From: the human T2T-CHM13v2.0 reference genome, Homo sapiens
NCBI RefSeq assembly: GCF_009914755.1
Contig: NC_060937.1
Strand: one strand, 5' to 3'
DNA length: 64,000 nt
This document shows, one piece after another, positions 29,850-47,450 of the stretch. A model generated the notes under the pieces. That model searched no databases. It was given only the letters and a program-made list of their open reading frames with translations, and was not told the origin of the DNA. The translations under genes and the position numbers were made by a program. Every line of letters starts with the position of its first letter. The first letter of the stretch is position 1.

Positions 29850-32800
29850 AAATATGAAAGTACATCAAATATAGATTATATACTCTACATAAAATATCAA
29901 TGTACCCCAAATATATATTTTATACTCTACATGAAATATCAAAGTTCACAAACCATATATTATATACTGTCCATAAAATATCAAAGTACCCAAGGTATAT
30001 ATTCTATACTATACAAAAAATATCAAGGTACCCAAAGCATGTATTATATACTGTACCTAAAATATGAAAGTACATCAAATATATATTTTATTCTGTACAT
30101 AAAATAACAAAGTACACCAGATATATATTCTATAGTGTACATAAAATAACAAAGTACAAATACTATAAATTATATACTGTACATAAAATATGAAATTACA
30201 TCAAATATATATTAGGTACATAAAATATGAAAGTACATCAAATATAGATTATATACTGTACATATAATATCAAAGTACCCCAAATATATATTTTTACTCT
30301 ACATGGAATATCAAAGTTCACAAACCATATATTATATACTGTACATAAAATATCAAGGTACCCAAGGTATATATTCTATACTGTACAAAAAATATCAAAG
30401 TACCCAAAGCATGTATTATATACTGTACATAAAATATGAAAGTACATCAAATATATATTTTATTCTGTACATAAAATATCAAAGTACACCAGATATATAT
30501 TCTATAGTGTACATAAAATATCAAAGTACCCAAACTATACATTATATACTGTACATAAAATATGAAATTACATCAAATTTATATTATATTAGGTACATAA
30601 AATATGAAAGTACATCAAATATAGATTATATACTGTATAATAAAAATACCAAAGTACCCCAAATATATATTTTATACTGTACATGAAATATCAAAGTTCA
30701 CAAACTATATATTATATACTGTACATAAAATATCAAAGTACCCAACGTATATATTCTATACTGTACAAAAAATTTCGAAGTACCCAAATCATGTATTATA
30801 TACTGTACATAAAATATGAAAGTACAACAAATATATATTTTATTCCGTACATAAAATATCAAAGTACACCAGATATATATTCTATAGCGTACATAAAATA
30901 TCAAAGTGCACAAACTATACATTATATACTGTACATAAAATATGAAATTACATGAAATATATATTATATTAGGTACATAAAATATGAAAGTACATCAAAT
31001 ATAGATTATATACTCTACATTAAATACGAAAGTACCCCAAATATATATTATATACTCTAAAAGAAATATCAAAGTTCACAAACTATATATTATATACTGT
31101 ACATAAAATATCAAAGTACCCAAGGTATATATTCTATACTGTACAAAAATATCAAAGTACCCAAAGCGTGTATTATGTACTGTATATAAAATATGAAAGT
31201 ACATCAAATATATATTTTATTCTGTACATAAAATATCAAAGTACACCAGATATATATTCTATAGTGTACATAAAATAACAAAGTACACAAACTATACATT
31301 ATATACTGTACATAAAATATGAAATTACATCAAATATATATTATATTAGGTACATAAAATATGAAAGCACATCAAATATAGATTATATACTGTACATAAA
31401 ATATCAAAGTACCCCAAATATATATTATATACTCTACATGAAATATCAAAGTTCACAAACTATATATTATATACTGTACATAAAATAAAGTCCCCAAGGT
31501 ATATATTCTATACTGTAGAGAAAATATCAAAGTACCCAAAGCATGTATTATATACTGTATATAAAATATGAAAGTACATCAAATATATATTTTATTCTGT
31601 ACATAATATATCAAAGTACACCAGATATATATTCTATAGTGTACATAAAATAACAAAGTACAAAAACTATAAATTATATACTGTACATAAAATATGAAAT
31701 TACATCAAATATATATTAGGTACATAAAATATGAAAGTACATCAAATATAGATTATATACTGTACATAAAATTTCAATGTACCCCAAATATATATTTTAT
31801 ACTCGACATGAAATATCAAAGTTCACAAACCATATAATATATACTGTACATAAAATATCAAAGTACCCAAGGTATATATTCTATACTGTACAAAAAATAT
31901 CAAAGTACCCAAAGCATGTATTATATACTGTACATAAAATATGAAAGTACATCAAATATATATTTTATTCTGTACATAAAATATCAAAGTACACCAGATA
32001 TATATTCTATAGTGTACATAAAATATCAAAGTACCCAAACTATACATTATATACTGTACATAAAATATGAAATTACATCAAATATATATTATATTAGGTA
32101 CATAAAATATGAAAGTACATCAAATATAGATTATATAGTGTACATAAAATATCAAAGTACCCCAAATATATATTATATACTCTACATGAAATATCAAAGT
32201 TCACAAACTATATATTATATACTGTACATAAAATATCAAGGTACCCAAGGTATATATTCTATACTGTACAAAAAATATCAAAGTACCCAAAGCATGTATT
32301 ATATACTGTACATAAAATATGAAAGTACATCAAATATATATTTTATTCTGTACATAAAATATCAAAGTACACCAGATATATATTCTATAGTGTACATAAA
32401 ATATCAAAGTACCCAAACTATACATTATATACTGTACATAAAATATGAAATTACATCAAATTTATATTATATTAGGTACATAAAATATGAAAGTACATCA
32501 AATATAGATTATATACTGTATAATAAAAATACCAAAGTACCCCAAATATATATTTTATACTGTACATGAAATATCAAAGTTCACAAACTATATATTATAT
32601 ACTGTACATAAAATATCAAAGTACCCAACGTATATATTCTATACTGTACAAAAAATTTCGAAGTACCCAAAACATGTATTATATACTGTACATAAAATAT
32701 GAAAGTACAACAAATATATATTTTATTCCGTACATAAAATATCAAAGTACACCAGATATATATTCTATAGCGTACATAAAATATCAAAGTGCACAAACTA

Positions 32801-35800
32801 TACATTATATACTGTACATAAAATATGAAATTACATGAAATATATATTATATTAGGTACATAAAATATGAAAGTACATCAAATATAGATTATATACTCTA
32901 CATTAAATACGAAAGTACCCCAAATATATATTATATACTCTAAAAGAAATATCAAAGTTCACAAACTATATATTATATACTGTACATAAAATATCAAAGT
33001 ACCCAAGGTATATATTCTATACTGTACAAAAATATCAAAGTACCCAAAGCGTGTATTATGTACTGTATATAAAATATGAAAGTACATCAAATATATATTT
33101 TATTCTGTACATAAAATATCAAATTACACCAGATATATATTCTATAGTGTACATAAAATAACAAAGTACACAAACTATACATTATATACTGTACATAAAA
33201 TATGAAATTACATCAAATATATATTAGGTACATAAAATATGAAAGTACATCAAATATAGATTATATACTCTACATAAAATATCAATGTACCCCAAATATA
33301 TATTTTATACTCTACATGAAATATCAAAGTTCACAAACCATATATTATATACTGTCCATAAAATATCAAAGTACCCAAGGTATATATTCTATACTATACA
33401 AAAAATATCAAGGTACCCAAAGCATGTATTATATACTGTACCTAAAATATGAAAGTACATCAAATATATATTTTATTCTGTACATAAAATAACAAAGTAC
33501 ACCAGATATATATTCTATAGTGTACATAAAATAACAAAGTACAAATACTATAAATTATATACTGTACATAAAATATGAAATTACATCAAATATATATTAG
33601 GTACATAAAATATGAAAGTACATCAAATATAGATTATATACTGTACATATAATATCAAAGTACCCCAAATATATATTTTTACTCTACATGGAATATCAAA
33701 GTTCACAAACCATATATTATATACTGTACATAAAATATCAAGGTACCCAAGGTATATATTCTATACTGTACAAAAAATATCAAAGTACCCAAAGCATGTA
33801 TTATATACTGTACATAAAATATGAAAGTACATCAAATATATATTTTATTCTGTACATAAAATATCAAAGTACACCAGATATATATTCTATAGTGTACATA
33901 AAATATCAAAGTACCCAAACTATACATTATATACTGTACATAAAATATGAAATTACATCAAATTTATATTATATTAGGTACATAAAATATGAAAGTACAT
34001 CAAATATAGATTATATACTGTATAATAAAAATACCAAAGTACCCCAAATATATATTTTATACTGTACATGAAATATCAAAGTTCACAAACTATATATTAT
34101 ATACTGTACATAAAATATCAAAGTACCCAACGTATGTATTCTATACTGTACAAAAAATTTCGAAGTACCCAAAACATGTATTATATACTGTACATAAAAT
34201 ATGAAAGTACAACAAATATATATTTTATTCCGTACATAAAATATCAAAGTACACCAGATATATATTCTATAGCGTACATAAAATATCAAAGTGCACAAAC
34301 TATACATTATATACTGTACATAAAATATGAAATTACATGAAATATATATTATATTAGGTACATAAAATATGAAAGTACATCAAATATAGATTATATACTC
34401 TACATTAAATACGAAAGTACCCCAAATATATATTATATACTCTAAAAGAAATATCAAAGTTCACAAACTATATATTATATACTGTACATAAAATATCAAA
34501 TTACCCAAGGTATATATTCTATACTGTACAAAAATATCAAAGTACCCAAAGCGTGTATTATGTACTGTATATAAAATATGAAAGTACATCAAATATATAT
34601 TTTATTCTGTACATAAAATATCAAAGTACACCAGATATATATTCTATAGTGTACATAAAATAACAAAGTACACAAACTATACATTATATACTGTACATAA
34701 AATATGAAATTACATCAAATATATATTATATTAGGTACATAAAATATGAAAGCACATCAAATATAGATTATATACTGTACATAAAATATCAAAGTACCCC
34801 AAATATATATTATATACTCTACATGAAATATCAAAGTTCACAAACTATATATTATATACTGTACATAAAATAAAGTCCCCAAGGTATATATTCTATACTG
34901 TAGAGAAAATATCAAAGTACCCAAAGCATGTATTATATACTGTATATAAAATATGAAAGTACATCAAATATATATTTTATTCTGTACATAATATATCAAA
35001 GTACACCAGATATATATTCTATAGTGTACATAAAATAACAAAGTACAAAAACTATAAATTATATACTGTACATAAAATATGAAATTACATCAAATATATA
35101 TTAGGTACATAAAATATGAAAGTACATCAAATATAGATTATATACTGTACATAAAATTTCAATGTACCCCAAATATATATTTTATACTCGACATGAAATA
35201 TCAAAGTTCACAAACCATATAATATATACTGTACATAAAATATCAAAGTACCCAAGGTATATATTCTATACTGTACAAAAAATATCAAAGTACCCAAAGC
35301 ATGTATTATATACTGTACATAAAATATGAAAGTACATCAAATATATATTTTATTCTGTACATAAAATATCAAAGTACACCAGATATATATTCTATAGTGT
35401 ACATAAAATATCAAAGTACCCAAACTATACATTATATACTGTACATAAAATATGAAATTACATCAAATTTATATTATATTAGGTACATAAAATATGAAAG
35501 TACATCAAATATAGATTATATACTGTATAATAAAAATACCAAAGTACCCCAAATATATATTTTATACTGTACATGAAATATCAAAGTTCACAAACTATAT
35601 ATTATATACTGTACATAAAATATCAAAGTACCCAACGTATATATTCTATACTGTACAAAAAATATCAAAGTACCCAAAACATGTATTATATACTGTACAT
35701 AAAATATGAAAGTACATCAAATATATATTTTATTCTGTACATAAAATATCAAAGTACACCAGATATATATTCTATAGTGTACATAAAATATCAAAGTACC

Positions 35801-38800
35801 CAAACTATACATTATATACTGTACATAAAATATGAAATTACATCAAATTTATATTATATTAGGTACATAAAATATGAAAGTACATCAAATATAGATTATA
35901 TACTGTATAATAAAAATACCAAAGTACCCCAAATATATATTTTATACTGTACATGAAATATCAAAGTTCACAAACTATATATTATATACTGTACATAAAA
36001 TATCAAAGTACCCAACGTATATATTCTATACTGTACAAAAAATTTCGAAGTACCCAAAACATGTATTATATACTGTACATAAAATATGAAAGTACAACAA
36101 ATATATATTTTATTCCGTACATAAATTATCAAAGTACACCAGATATATATTCTATAGCGTACATAAAATATCAAAGTGCACAAACTATACATTATATACT
36201 GTACATAAAATATGAAATTACATGAAATATATATTATATTAGGTACATAAAATATGAAAGTACATCAAATATAGATTATATACTCTACATTAAATACGAA
36301 AGTACCCCAAATATATATTATATACTCTAAAAGAAATATCAAAGTTCACAAACTATATATTATATACTGTACATAAAATATCAAAGTACCCAAGGTATAT
36401 ATTCTATACTGTACAAAAATATCAAAGTACCCAAAGCGTGTATTATGTACTGTATATAAAATATGAAAGTACATCAAATATATATTTTATTCTGTACATA
36501 AAATATCAAAGTACACCAGATATATATTCTATAGTGTACCTAAAATAACAAAGTACACAAACTATACATTATATACTGTACATAAAATATGAAATTACAT
36601 CAAATATATATTATATTAGGTACATAAAATATGAAAGCACATCAAATATAGATTATATACTGTACATAAAATATCAAAGTACCCCAAATATATATTATAT
36701 ACTCTACATGAAATATCAAAGTTCACAAACTATATATTATATACTGTACATAAAATAAAGTCCCCAAGGTATATATTCTATACTGTAGAGAAAATATCAA
36801 AGTACCCAAAGCATGTATTATATACTGTATATAAAATATGAAAGTACATCAAATATATATTTTATTCTGTACATAATATATCAAAGTACACCAGATATAT
36901 ATTCTATAGTGTACATAAAATAACAAAGTACAAAAACTATAAATTATATACTGTACATAAAATATGAAATTACATCAAATATATATTAGGTACATAAAAT
37001 ATGAAAGTACATCAAATATAGATTATATACTGTACATAAAATTTCAATGTACCCCAAATATATATTTTATACTCGACATGAAATATCAAAGTTCACAAAC
37101 CATATAATATATACTGTACATAAAATATCAAAGTACCCAAGGTATATATTCTATACTGTACAAAAAATATCAAAGTACCCAAAGCATGTATTATATACTG
37201 TACATAAAATATGAAAGTACATCAAATATATATTTTATTCTGTACATAAAATATCAAAGTACACCAGATATATATTCTATAGTGTACATAAAATATCAAA
37301 GTACCCAAACTATACATTATATACTGTACATAAAATATGAAATTACATCAAATTTATATTATATTAGGTACATAAAATATGAAAGTACATCAAATATAGA
37401 TTATATACTGTATAATAAAAATACCAAAGTACCCCAAATATATATTTTATACTGTACATGAAATATCAAAGTTCACAAACTATATATTATATACTGTACA
37501 TAAAATATCAAAGTACCCAACGTATATATTCTATACTGTACAAAAAATATCAAAGTACCCAAAACATGTATTATATACTGTACATAAAATATGAAAGTAC
37601 ATCAAATATATATTTTATTCTGTACATAAAATATCAAAGTACACCAGATATATATTCTATAGTGTACATAAAATATCAAAGTACCCAAACTATACATTAT
37701 ATACTGTACATAAAATATGAAATTACATCAAATTTATATTATATTAGGTACATAAAATATGAAAGTACATCAAATATAGATTATATACTGTATAATAAAA
37801 ATACCAAAGTACCCCAAATATATATTTTATACTGTACATGAAATATCAAAGTTCACAAACTATATATTATATACTGTACATAAAATATCAAAGTACCCAA
37901 CGTATATATTCTATACTGTACAAAAAATTTCGAAGTACCCAAAACATGTATTATATACTGTACATAAAATATGAAAGTACAACAAATATATATTTTATTC
38001 CGTACATAAAATATCAAAGTACACCAGATATATATTCTATAGCGTACATAAAATATCAAAGTGCACAAACTATACATTATATACTGTACATAAAATATGA
38101 AATTACATGAAATATATATTATATTAGGTACATAAAATATGAAAGTACATCAAATATAGATTATATACTCTACATTAAATACGAAAGTACCCCAAATATA
38201 TATTATATACTCTAAAAGAAATATCAAAGTTCACAAACTATATATTATATACTGTACATAAAATATCAAAGTACCCAAGGTATATATTCTATACTGTACA
38301 AAAATATCAAAGTACCCAAAGCGTGTATTATGTACTGTATATAAAATATGAAAGTACATCAAATATATATTTTATTCTGTACATAAAATATCAAAGTACA
38401 CCAGATATATATTCTATAGTGTACATAAAATAACAAAGTACACAAACTATACATTATATACTGTACATAAAATATGAAATTACATCAAATATATATTAGG
38501 TACATAAAATATGAAAGTACATCAAATATAGATTATATACTCTACATAAAATATCAATGTACCCCAAATATATATTTTATACTCTACATGAAATATCAAA
38601 GTTCACAAACCATATATTATATACTGTCCATAAAATATCAAAGTACCCAAGGTATATATTCTATACTATACAAAAAATATCAAGGTACCCAAAGCATGTA
38701 TTATATACTGTACCTAAAATATGAAAGTACATCAAATATATATTTTATTCTGTACATAAAATAACAAAGTACACCAGATATATATTCTATAGTGTACATA

Positions 38801-41800
38801 AAATAACAAAGTACAAATACTATAAATTATATACTGTACATAAAATATGAAATTACATCAAATATATATTAGGTACATAAAATATGAAAGTACATCAAAT
38901 ATAGATTATATACTGTACATATAATATCAAAGTACCCCAAATATATATTTTTACTCTACATGGAATATCAAAGTTCACAAACCATATATTATATACTGTA
39001 CATAAAATATCAAGGTACCCAAGGTATATATTCTATACTGTACAAAAAATATCAAAGTACCCAAAGCATGTATTATATACTGTACATAAAATATGAAAGT
39101 ACATCAAATATATATTTTATTCTGTACATAAAATATCAAAGTACACCAGATATATATTCTATAGTGTACATAAAATATCAAAGTACCCAAACTATACATT
39201 ATATACTGTACATAAAATATGAAATTACATCAAATTTATATTATATTAGGTACATAAAATATGAAAGTACATCAAATATAGATTATATACTGTATAATAA
39301 AAATACCAAAGTACCCCAAATATATATTTTATACTGTACATGAAATATCAAAGTTCACAAACTATATATTATATACTGTACATAAAATATCAAAGTACCC
39401 AACGTATATATTCTATACTGTACAAAAAATTTCGAAGTACCCAAAACATGTATTATATACTGTACATAAAATATGAAAGTACAACAAATATATATTTTAT
39501 TCCGTACATAAAATATCAAAGTACACCAGATATATATTCTATAGCGTACATAAAATATCAAAGTGCACAAACTATACATTATATACTGTACATAAAATAT
39601 GAAATTACATGAAATATATATTATATTAGGTACATAAAATATGAAAGTACATCAAATATAGATTATATACTCTACATTAAATACGAAAGTACCCCAAATA
39701 TATATTATATACTCTAAAAGAAATATCAAAGTTCACAAACTATATATTATATACTGTACATAAAATATCAAAGTACCCAAGGTATATATTCTATACTGTA
39801 CAAAAATATCAAAGTACCCAAAGCGTGTATTATGTACTGTATATAAAATATGAAAGTACATCAAATATATATTTTATTCTGTACATAAAATATCAAAGTA
39901 CACCAGATATATATTCTATAGTGTACATAAAATAACAAAGTACACAAACTATACATTATATACTGTACATAAAATATGAAATTACATCAAATATATATTA
40001 TATTAGGTACATAAAATATGAAAGCACATCAAATATAGATTATATACTGTACATAAAATATCAAAGTACCCCAAATATATATTATATACTCTACATGAAA
40101 TATCAAAGTTCACAAACTATATATTATATACTGTACATAAAATAAAGTCCCCAAGGTATATATTCTATACTGTAGAGAAAATATCAAAGTACCCAAAGCA
40201 TGTATTATATACTGTATATAAAATATGAAAGTACATCAAATATATATTTTATTCTGTACATAATATATCAAAGTACACCAGATATATATTCTATAGTGTA
40301 CATAAAATAACAAAGTACAAAAACTATAAATTATATACTGTACATAAAATATGAAATTACATCAAATATATATTAGGTACATAAAATATGAAAGTACATC
40401 AAATATAGATTATATACTGTACATAAAATTTCAATGTACCCCAAATATATATTTTATACTCGACATGAAATATCAAAGTTCACAAACCATATAATATATA
40501 CTGTACATAAAATATCAAAGTACCCAAGGTATATATTCTATACTGTACAAAAAATATCAAAGTACCCAAAGCATGTATTATATACTGTACATAAAATATG
40601 AAAGTACATCAAATATATATTTTATTCTGTACATAAAATATCAAAGTACACCAGATATATATTCTATAGTGTACATAAAATATCAAAGTACCCAAACTAT
40701 ACATTATATACTGTACATAAAATATGAAATTACATCAAATATATATTATATTAGGTACATAAAATATGAAAGTACATCAAATATAGATTATATAGTGTAC
40801 ATAAAATATCAAAGTACCCCAAATATATATTATATACTCTACATGAAATATCAAAGTTCACAAACTATATATTATATACTGTACATAAAATATCAAGGTA
40901 CCCAAGGTATATATTCTATACTGTACAAAAAATATCAAAGTACCCAAAGCATGTATTATATACTGTACATAAAATATGAAAGTACATCAAATATATATTT
41001 TATTCTGTACATAAAATATCAAAGTACACCAGATATATATTCTATAGTGTACATAAAATATCAAAGTACCCAAACTATACATTATATACTGTACATAAAA
41101 TATGAAATTACATCAAATTTATATTATATTAGGTACATAAAATATGAAAGTACATCAAATATAGATTATATACTGTATAATAAAAATACCAAAGTACCCC
41201 AAATATATATTTTATACTGTACATGAAATATCAAAGTTCACAAACTATATATTATATACTGTACATAAAATATCAAAGTACCCAACGTATATATTCTATA
41301 CTGTACAAAAAATTTCGAAGTACCCAAAACATGTATTATATACTGTACATAAAATATGAAAGTACAACAAATATATATTTTATTCCGTACATAAAATATC
41401 AAAGTACACCAGATATATATTCTATAGCGTACATAAAATATCAAAGTGCACAAACTATACATTATATACTGTACATAAAATATGAAATTACATGAAATAT
41501 ATATTATATTAGGTACATAAAATATGAAAGTACATCAAATATAGATTATATACTCTACATTAAATACGAAAGTACCCCAAATATATATTATATACTCTAA
41601 AAGAAATATCAAAGTTCACAAACTATATATTATATACTGTACATAAAATATCAAAGTACCCAAGGTATATATTCTATACTGTACAAAAATATCAAAGTAC
41701 CCAAAGCGTGTATTATGTACTGTATATAAAATATGAAAGTACATCAAATATATATTTTATTCTGTACATAAAATATCAAAGTACACCAGATATATATTCT

Positions 41801-44800
41801 ATAGTGTACATAAAATAACAAAGTACACAAACTATACATTATATACTGTACATAAAATATGAAATTACATCAAATATATATTAGGTACATAAAATATGAA
41901 AGTACATCAAATATAGATTATATACTCTACATAAAATATCAATGTACCCCAAATATATATTTTATACTCTACATGAAATATCAAAGTTCACAAACCATAT
42001 ATTATATACTGTCCATAAAATATCAAAGTACCCAAGGTATATATTCTATACTATACAAAAAATATCAAGGTACCCAAAGCATGTATTATATACTGTACCT
42101 AAAATATGAAAGTACATCAAATATATATTTTATTCTGTACATAAAATAACAAAGTACACGAGATATATATTCTATAGTGTACATAAAATAACAAAGTACA
42201 AATACTATAAATTATATACTGTACATAAAATATGAAATTACATCAAATATATATTAGGTACATAAAATATGAAAGTACATCAAATATAGATTATATACTG
42301 TACATATAATATCAAAGTACCCCAAATATATATTTTTACTCTACATGGAATATCAAAGTTCACAAACCATATATTATATACTGTACATAAAATATCAAGG
42401 TACCCAAGGTATATATTCTATACTGTACAAAAAATATCAAAGTACCCAAAGCATGTATTATATACTGTACATAAAATATGAAAGTACATCAAATATATAT
42501 TTTATTCTGTACATAAAATATCAAAGTACACCAGATATATATTCTATAGTGTACATAAAATATCAAAGTACCCAAACTATACATTATATACTGTACATAA
42601 AATATGAAATTACATCAAATTTATATTATATTAGGTACATAAAATATGAAAGTACATCAAATATAGATTATATACTGTATAATAAAAATACCAAAGTACC
42701 CCAAATATATATTTTATACTGTACATGAAATATCAAAGTTCACAAACTATATATTATATACTGTACATAAAATATCAAAGTACCCAACGTATGTATTCTA
42801 TACTGTACAAAAAATTTCGAAGTACCCAAAACATGTATTATATACTGTACATAAAATATGAAAGTACAACAAATATATATTTTATTCCGTACATAAAATA
42901 TCAAAGTACACCAGATATATATTCTATAGCGTACATAAAATATCAAAGTGCACAAACTATACATTATATACTGTACATAAAATATGAAATTACATGAAAT
43001 ATATATTATATTAGGTACATAAAATATGAAAGTACATCAAATATAGATTATATACTCTACATTAAATACGAAAGTACCCCAAATATATATTATATACTCT
43101 AAAAGAAATATCAAAGTTCACAAACTATATATTATATACTGTACATAAAATATCAAAGTACCCAAGGTATATATTCTATACTGTACAAAAATATCAAAGT
43201 ACCCAAAGCGTGTATTATGTACTGTATATAAAATATGAAAGTACATCAAATATATATTTTATTCTGTACATAAAATATCAAAGTACACCAGATATATATT
43301 CTATAGTGTACATAAAATAACAAAGTACACAAACTATACATTATATACTGTACATAAAATATGAAATTACATCAAATATATATTATATTAGGTACATAAA
43401 ATATGAAAGCACATCAAATATAGATTATATACTGTACATAAAATATCAAAGTACCCCAAATATATATTATATACTCTACATGAAATATCAAAGTTCACAA
43501 ACTATATATTATATACTGTACATAAAATAAAGTCCCCAAGGTATATATTCTATACTGTAGAGAAAATATCAAAGTACCCAAAGCATGTATTATATACTGT
43601 ATATAAAATATGAAAGTACATCAAATATATATTTTATTCTGTACATAATATATCAAAGTACACCAGATATATATTCTATAGTGTACATAAAATAACAAAG
43701 TACAAAAACTATAAATTATATACTGTACATAAAATATGAAATTACATCAAATATATATTAGGTACATAAAATATGAAAGTACATCAAATATAGATTATAT
43801 ACTGTACATAAAATTTCAATGTACCCCAAATATATATTTTATACTCGACATGAAATATCAAAGTTCACAAACCATATAATATATACTGTACATAAAATAT
43901 CAAAGTACCCAAGGTATATATTCTATACTGTACAAAAAATATCAAAGTACCCAAAGCATGTATTATATACTGTACATAAAATATGAAAGTACATCAAATA
44001 TATATTTTATTCTGTACATAAAATATCAAAGTACACCAGATATATATTCTATAGTGTACATAAAATATCAAAGTACCCAAACTATACATTATATACTGTA
44101 CATAAAATATGAAATTACATCAAATTTATATTATATTAGGTACATAAAATATGAAAGTACATCAAATATAGATTATATACTGTATAATAAAAATACCAAA
44201 GTACCCCAAATATATATTTTATACTGTACATGAAATATCAAAGTTCACAAACTATATATTATATACTGTACATAAAATATCAAAGTACCCAACGTATATA
44301 TTCTATACTGTACAAAAAATATCAAAGTACCCAAAACATGTATTATATACTGTACATAAAATATGAAAGTACATCAAATATATATTTTATTCTGTACATA
44401 AAATATCAAAGTACACCAGATATATATTCTATAGTGTACATAAAATATCAAAGTACCCAAACTATACATTATATACTGTACATAAAATATGAAATTACAT
44501 CAAATTTATATTATATTAGGTACATAAAATATGAAAGTACATCAAATATAGATTATATACTGTATAATAAAAATACCAAAGTACCCCAAATATATATTTT
44601 ATACTGTACATGAAATATCAAAGTTCACAAACTATATATTATATACTGTACATAAAATATCAAAGTACCCAACGTATATATTCTATACTGTACAAAAAAT
44701 TTCGAAGTACTCAAAACATGTATTATATACTGTACATAAAATATGAAAGTACAACAAATATATATTTTATTCCATACATAAATTATCAAAGTACACCAGA

Positions 44801-47450
44801 TATATATTCTATAGCGTACATAAAATATCAAAGTGCACAAACTATACATTATATACTGTACATAAAATATGAAATTACATGAAATATATATTATATTAGG
44901 TACATAAAATATGAAAGTACATCAAATATAGATTATATACTCTACATTAAATACGAAAGTACCCCAAATATATATTATATACTCTAAAAGAAATATCAAA
45001 GTTCACAAACTATATATTATATACTGTACATAAAATATCAAAGTACCCAAGGTATATATTCTATACTGTACAAAAATATCAAAGTACCCAAAGCGTGTAT
45101 TATGTACTGTATATAAAATATGAAAGTACATCAAATATATATTTTATTCTGTACATAAAATATCAAAGTACACCAGATATATATTCTATAGTGTACCTAA
45201 AATAACAAAGTACACAAACTATACATTATATACTGTACATAAAATATGAAATTACATCAAATATATATTATATTAGGTACATAAAATATGAAAGCACATC
45301 AAATATAGATTATATACTGTACATAAAATATCAAAGTACCCCAAATATATATTATATACTCTACATGAAATATCAAAGTTCACAAACTATATATTATATA
45401 CTGTACATAAAATAAAGTCCCCAAGGTATATATTCTATACTGTAGAGAAAATATCAAAGTACCCAAAGCATGTATTATATACTGTATATAAAATATGAAA
45501 GTACATCAAATATATATTTTATTCTGTACATAATATATCAAAGTACACCAGATATATATTCTATAGTGTACATAAAATAACAAAGTACAAAAACTATAAA
45601 TTATATACTGTACATAAAATATGAAATTACATCAAATATATATTAGGTACATAAAATATGAAAGTACATCAAATATAGATTATATACTGTACATAAAATT
45701 TCAATGTACCCCAAATATATATTTTATACTCGACATGAAATATCAAAGTTCACAAACCATATAATATATACTGTACATAAAATATCAAAGTACCCAAGGT
45801 ATATATTCTATACTGTACAAAAAATATCAAAGTACCCAAAGCATGTATTATATACTGTACATAAAATATGAAAGTACATCAAATATATATTTTATTCTGT
45901 ACATAAAATATCAAAGTACACCAGATATATATTCTATAGTGTACATAAAATATCAAAGTACCCAAACTATACATTATATACTGTACATAAAATATGAAAT
46001 TACATCAAATTTATATTATATTAGGTACATAAAATATGAAAGTACATCAAATATAGATTATATACTGTATAATAAAAATACCAAAGTACCCCAAATATAT
46101 ATTTTATACTGTACATGAAATATCAAAGTTCACAAACTATATATTATATACTGTACATAAAATATCAAAGTACCCAACGTATATATTCTATACTGTACAA
46201 AAAATATCAAAGTACCCAAAACATGTATTATATACTGTACATAAAATATGAAAGTACATCAAATATATATTTTATTCTGTACATAAAATATCAAAGTACA
46301 CCAGATATATATTCTATAGTGTACATAAAATATCAAAGTACCCAAACTATACATTATATACTGTACATAAAATATGAAATTACATCAAATTTATATTATA
46401 TTAGGTACATAAAATATGAAAGTACATCAAATATAGATTATATACTGTATAATAAAAATACCAAAGTACCCCAAATATATATTTTATACTGTACATGAAA
46501 TATCAAAGTTCACAAACTATATATTATATACTGTACATAAAATATCAAAGTACCCAACGTATATATTCTATACTGTACAAAAAATTTCGAAGTACCCAAA
46601 ACATGTATTATATACTGTACATAAAATATGAAAGTACAACAAATATATATTTTATTCCGTACATAAAATATCAAAGTACACCAGATATATATTCTATAGC
46701 GTACATAAAATATCAAAGTGCACAAACTATACATTATATACTGTACATAAAATATGAAATTACATGAAATATATATTATATTAGGTACATAAAATATGAA
46801 AGTACATCAAATATAGATTATATACTCTACATTAAATACGAAAGTACCCCAAATATATATTATATACTCTAAAAGAAATATCAAAGTTCACAAACTATAT
46901 ATTATATACTGTACATAAAATATCAAAGTACCCAAGGTATATATTCTATACTGTACAAAAATATCAAAGTACCCAAAGCGTGTATTATGTACTGTATATA
47001 AAATATGAAAGTACATCAAATATATATTTTATTCTGTACATAAAATATCAAAGTACACCAGATATATATTCTATAGTGTACATAAAATAACAAAGTACAC
47101 AAACTATACATTATATACTGTACATAAAATATGAAATTACATCAAATATATATTAGGTACATAAAATATGAAAGTACATCAAATATAGATTATATACTCT
47201 ACATAAAATATCAATGTACCCCAAATATATATTTTATACTCTACATGAAATATCAAAGTTCACAAACCATATATTATATACTGTCCATAAAATATCAAAG
47301 TACCCAAGGTATATATTCTATACTATACAAAAAATATCAAGGTACCCAAAGCATGTATTATATACTGTACCTAAAATATGAAAGTACATCAAATATATAT
47401 TTTATTCTGTACATAAAATAACAAAGTACACCAGATATATATTCTATAGT
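29850..47450 (+). repeat. 8657-bp tandem duplication (about 2 copies) within the central domain
   Basis: ORF pairs sit at exactly +8657: 30303/38960, 30683/39340, 31916/40573, 32566/41223, 33202/41859, 34068/42725, 35953/44610, 37838/46495 and 38474/47131. A private variant GTGTACCTAA occurs at 36534 and 45191. Confidence 0.85.
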
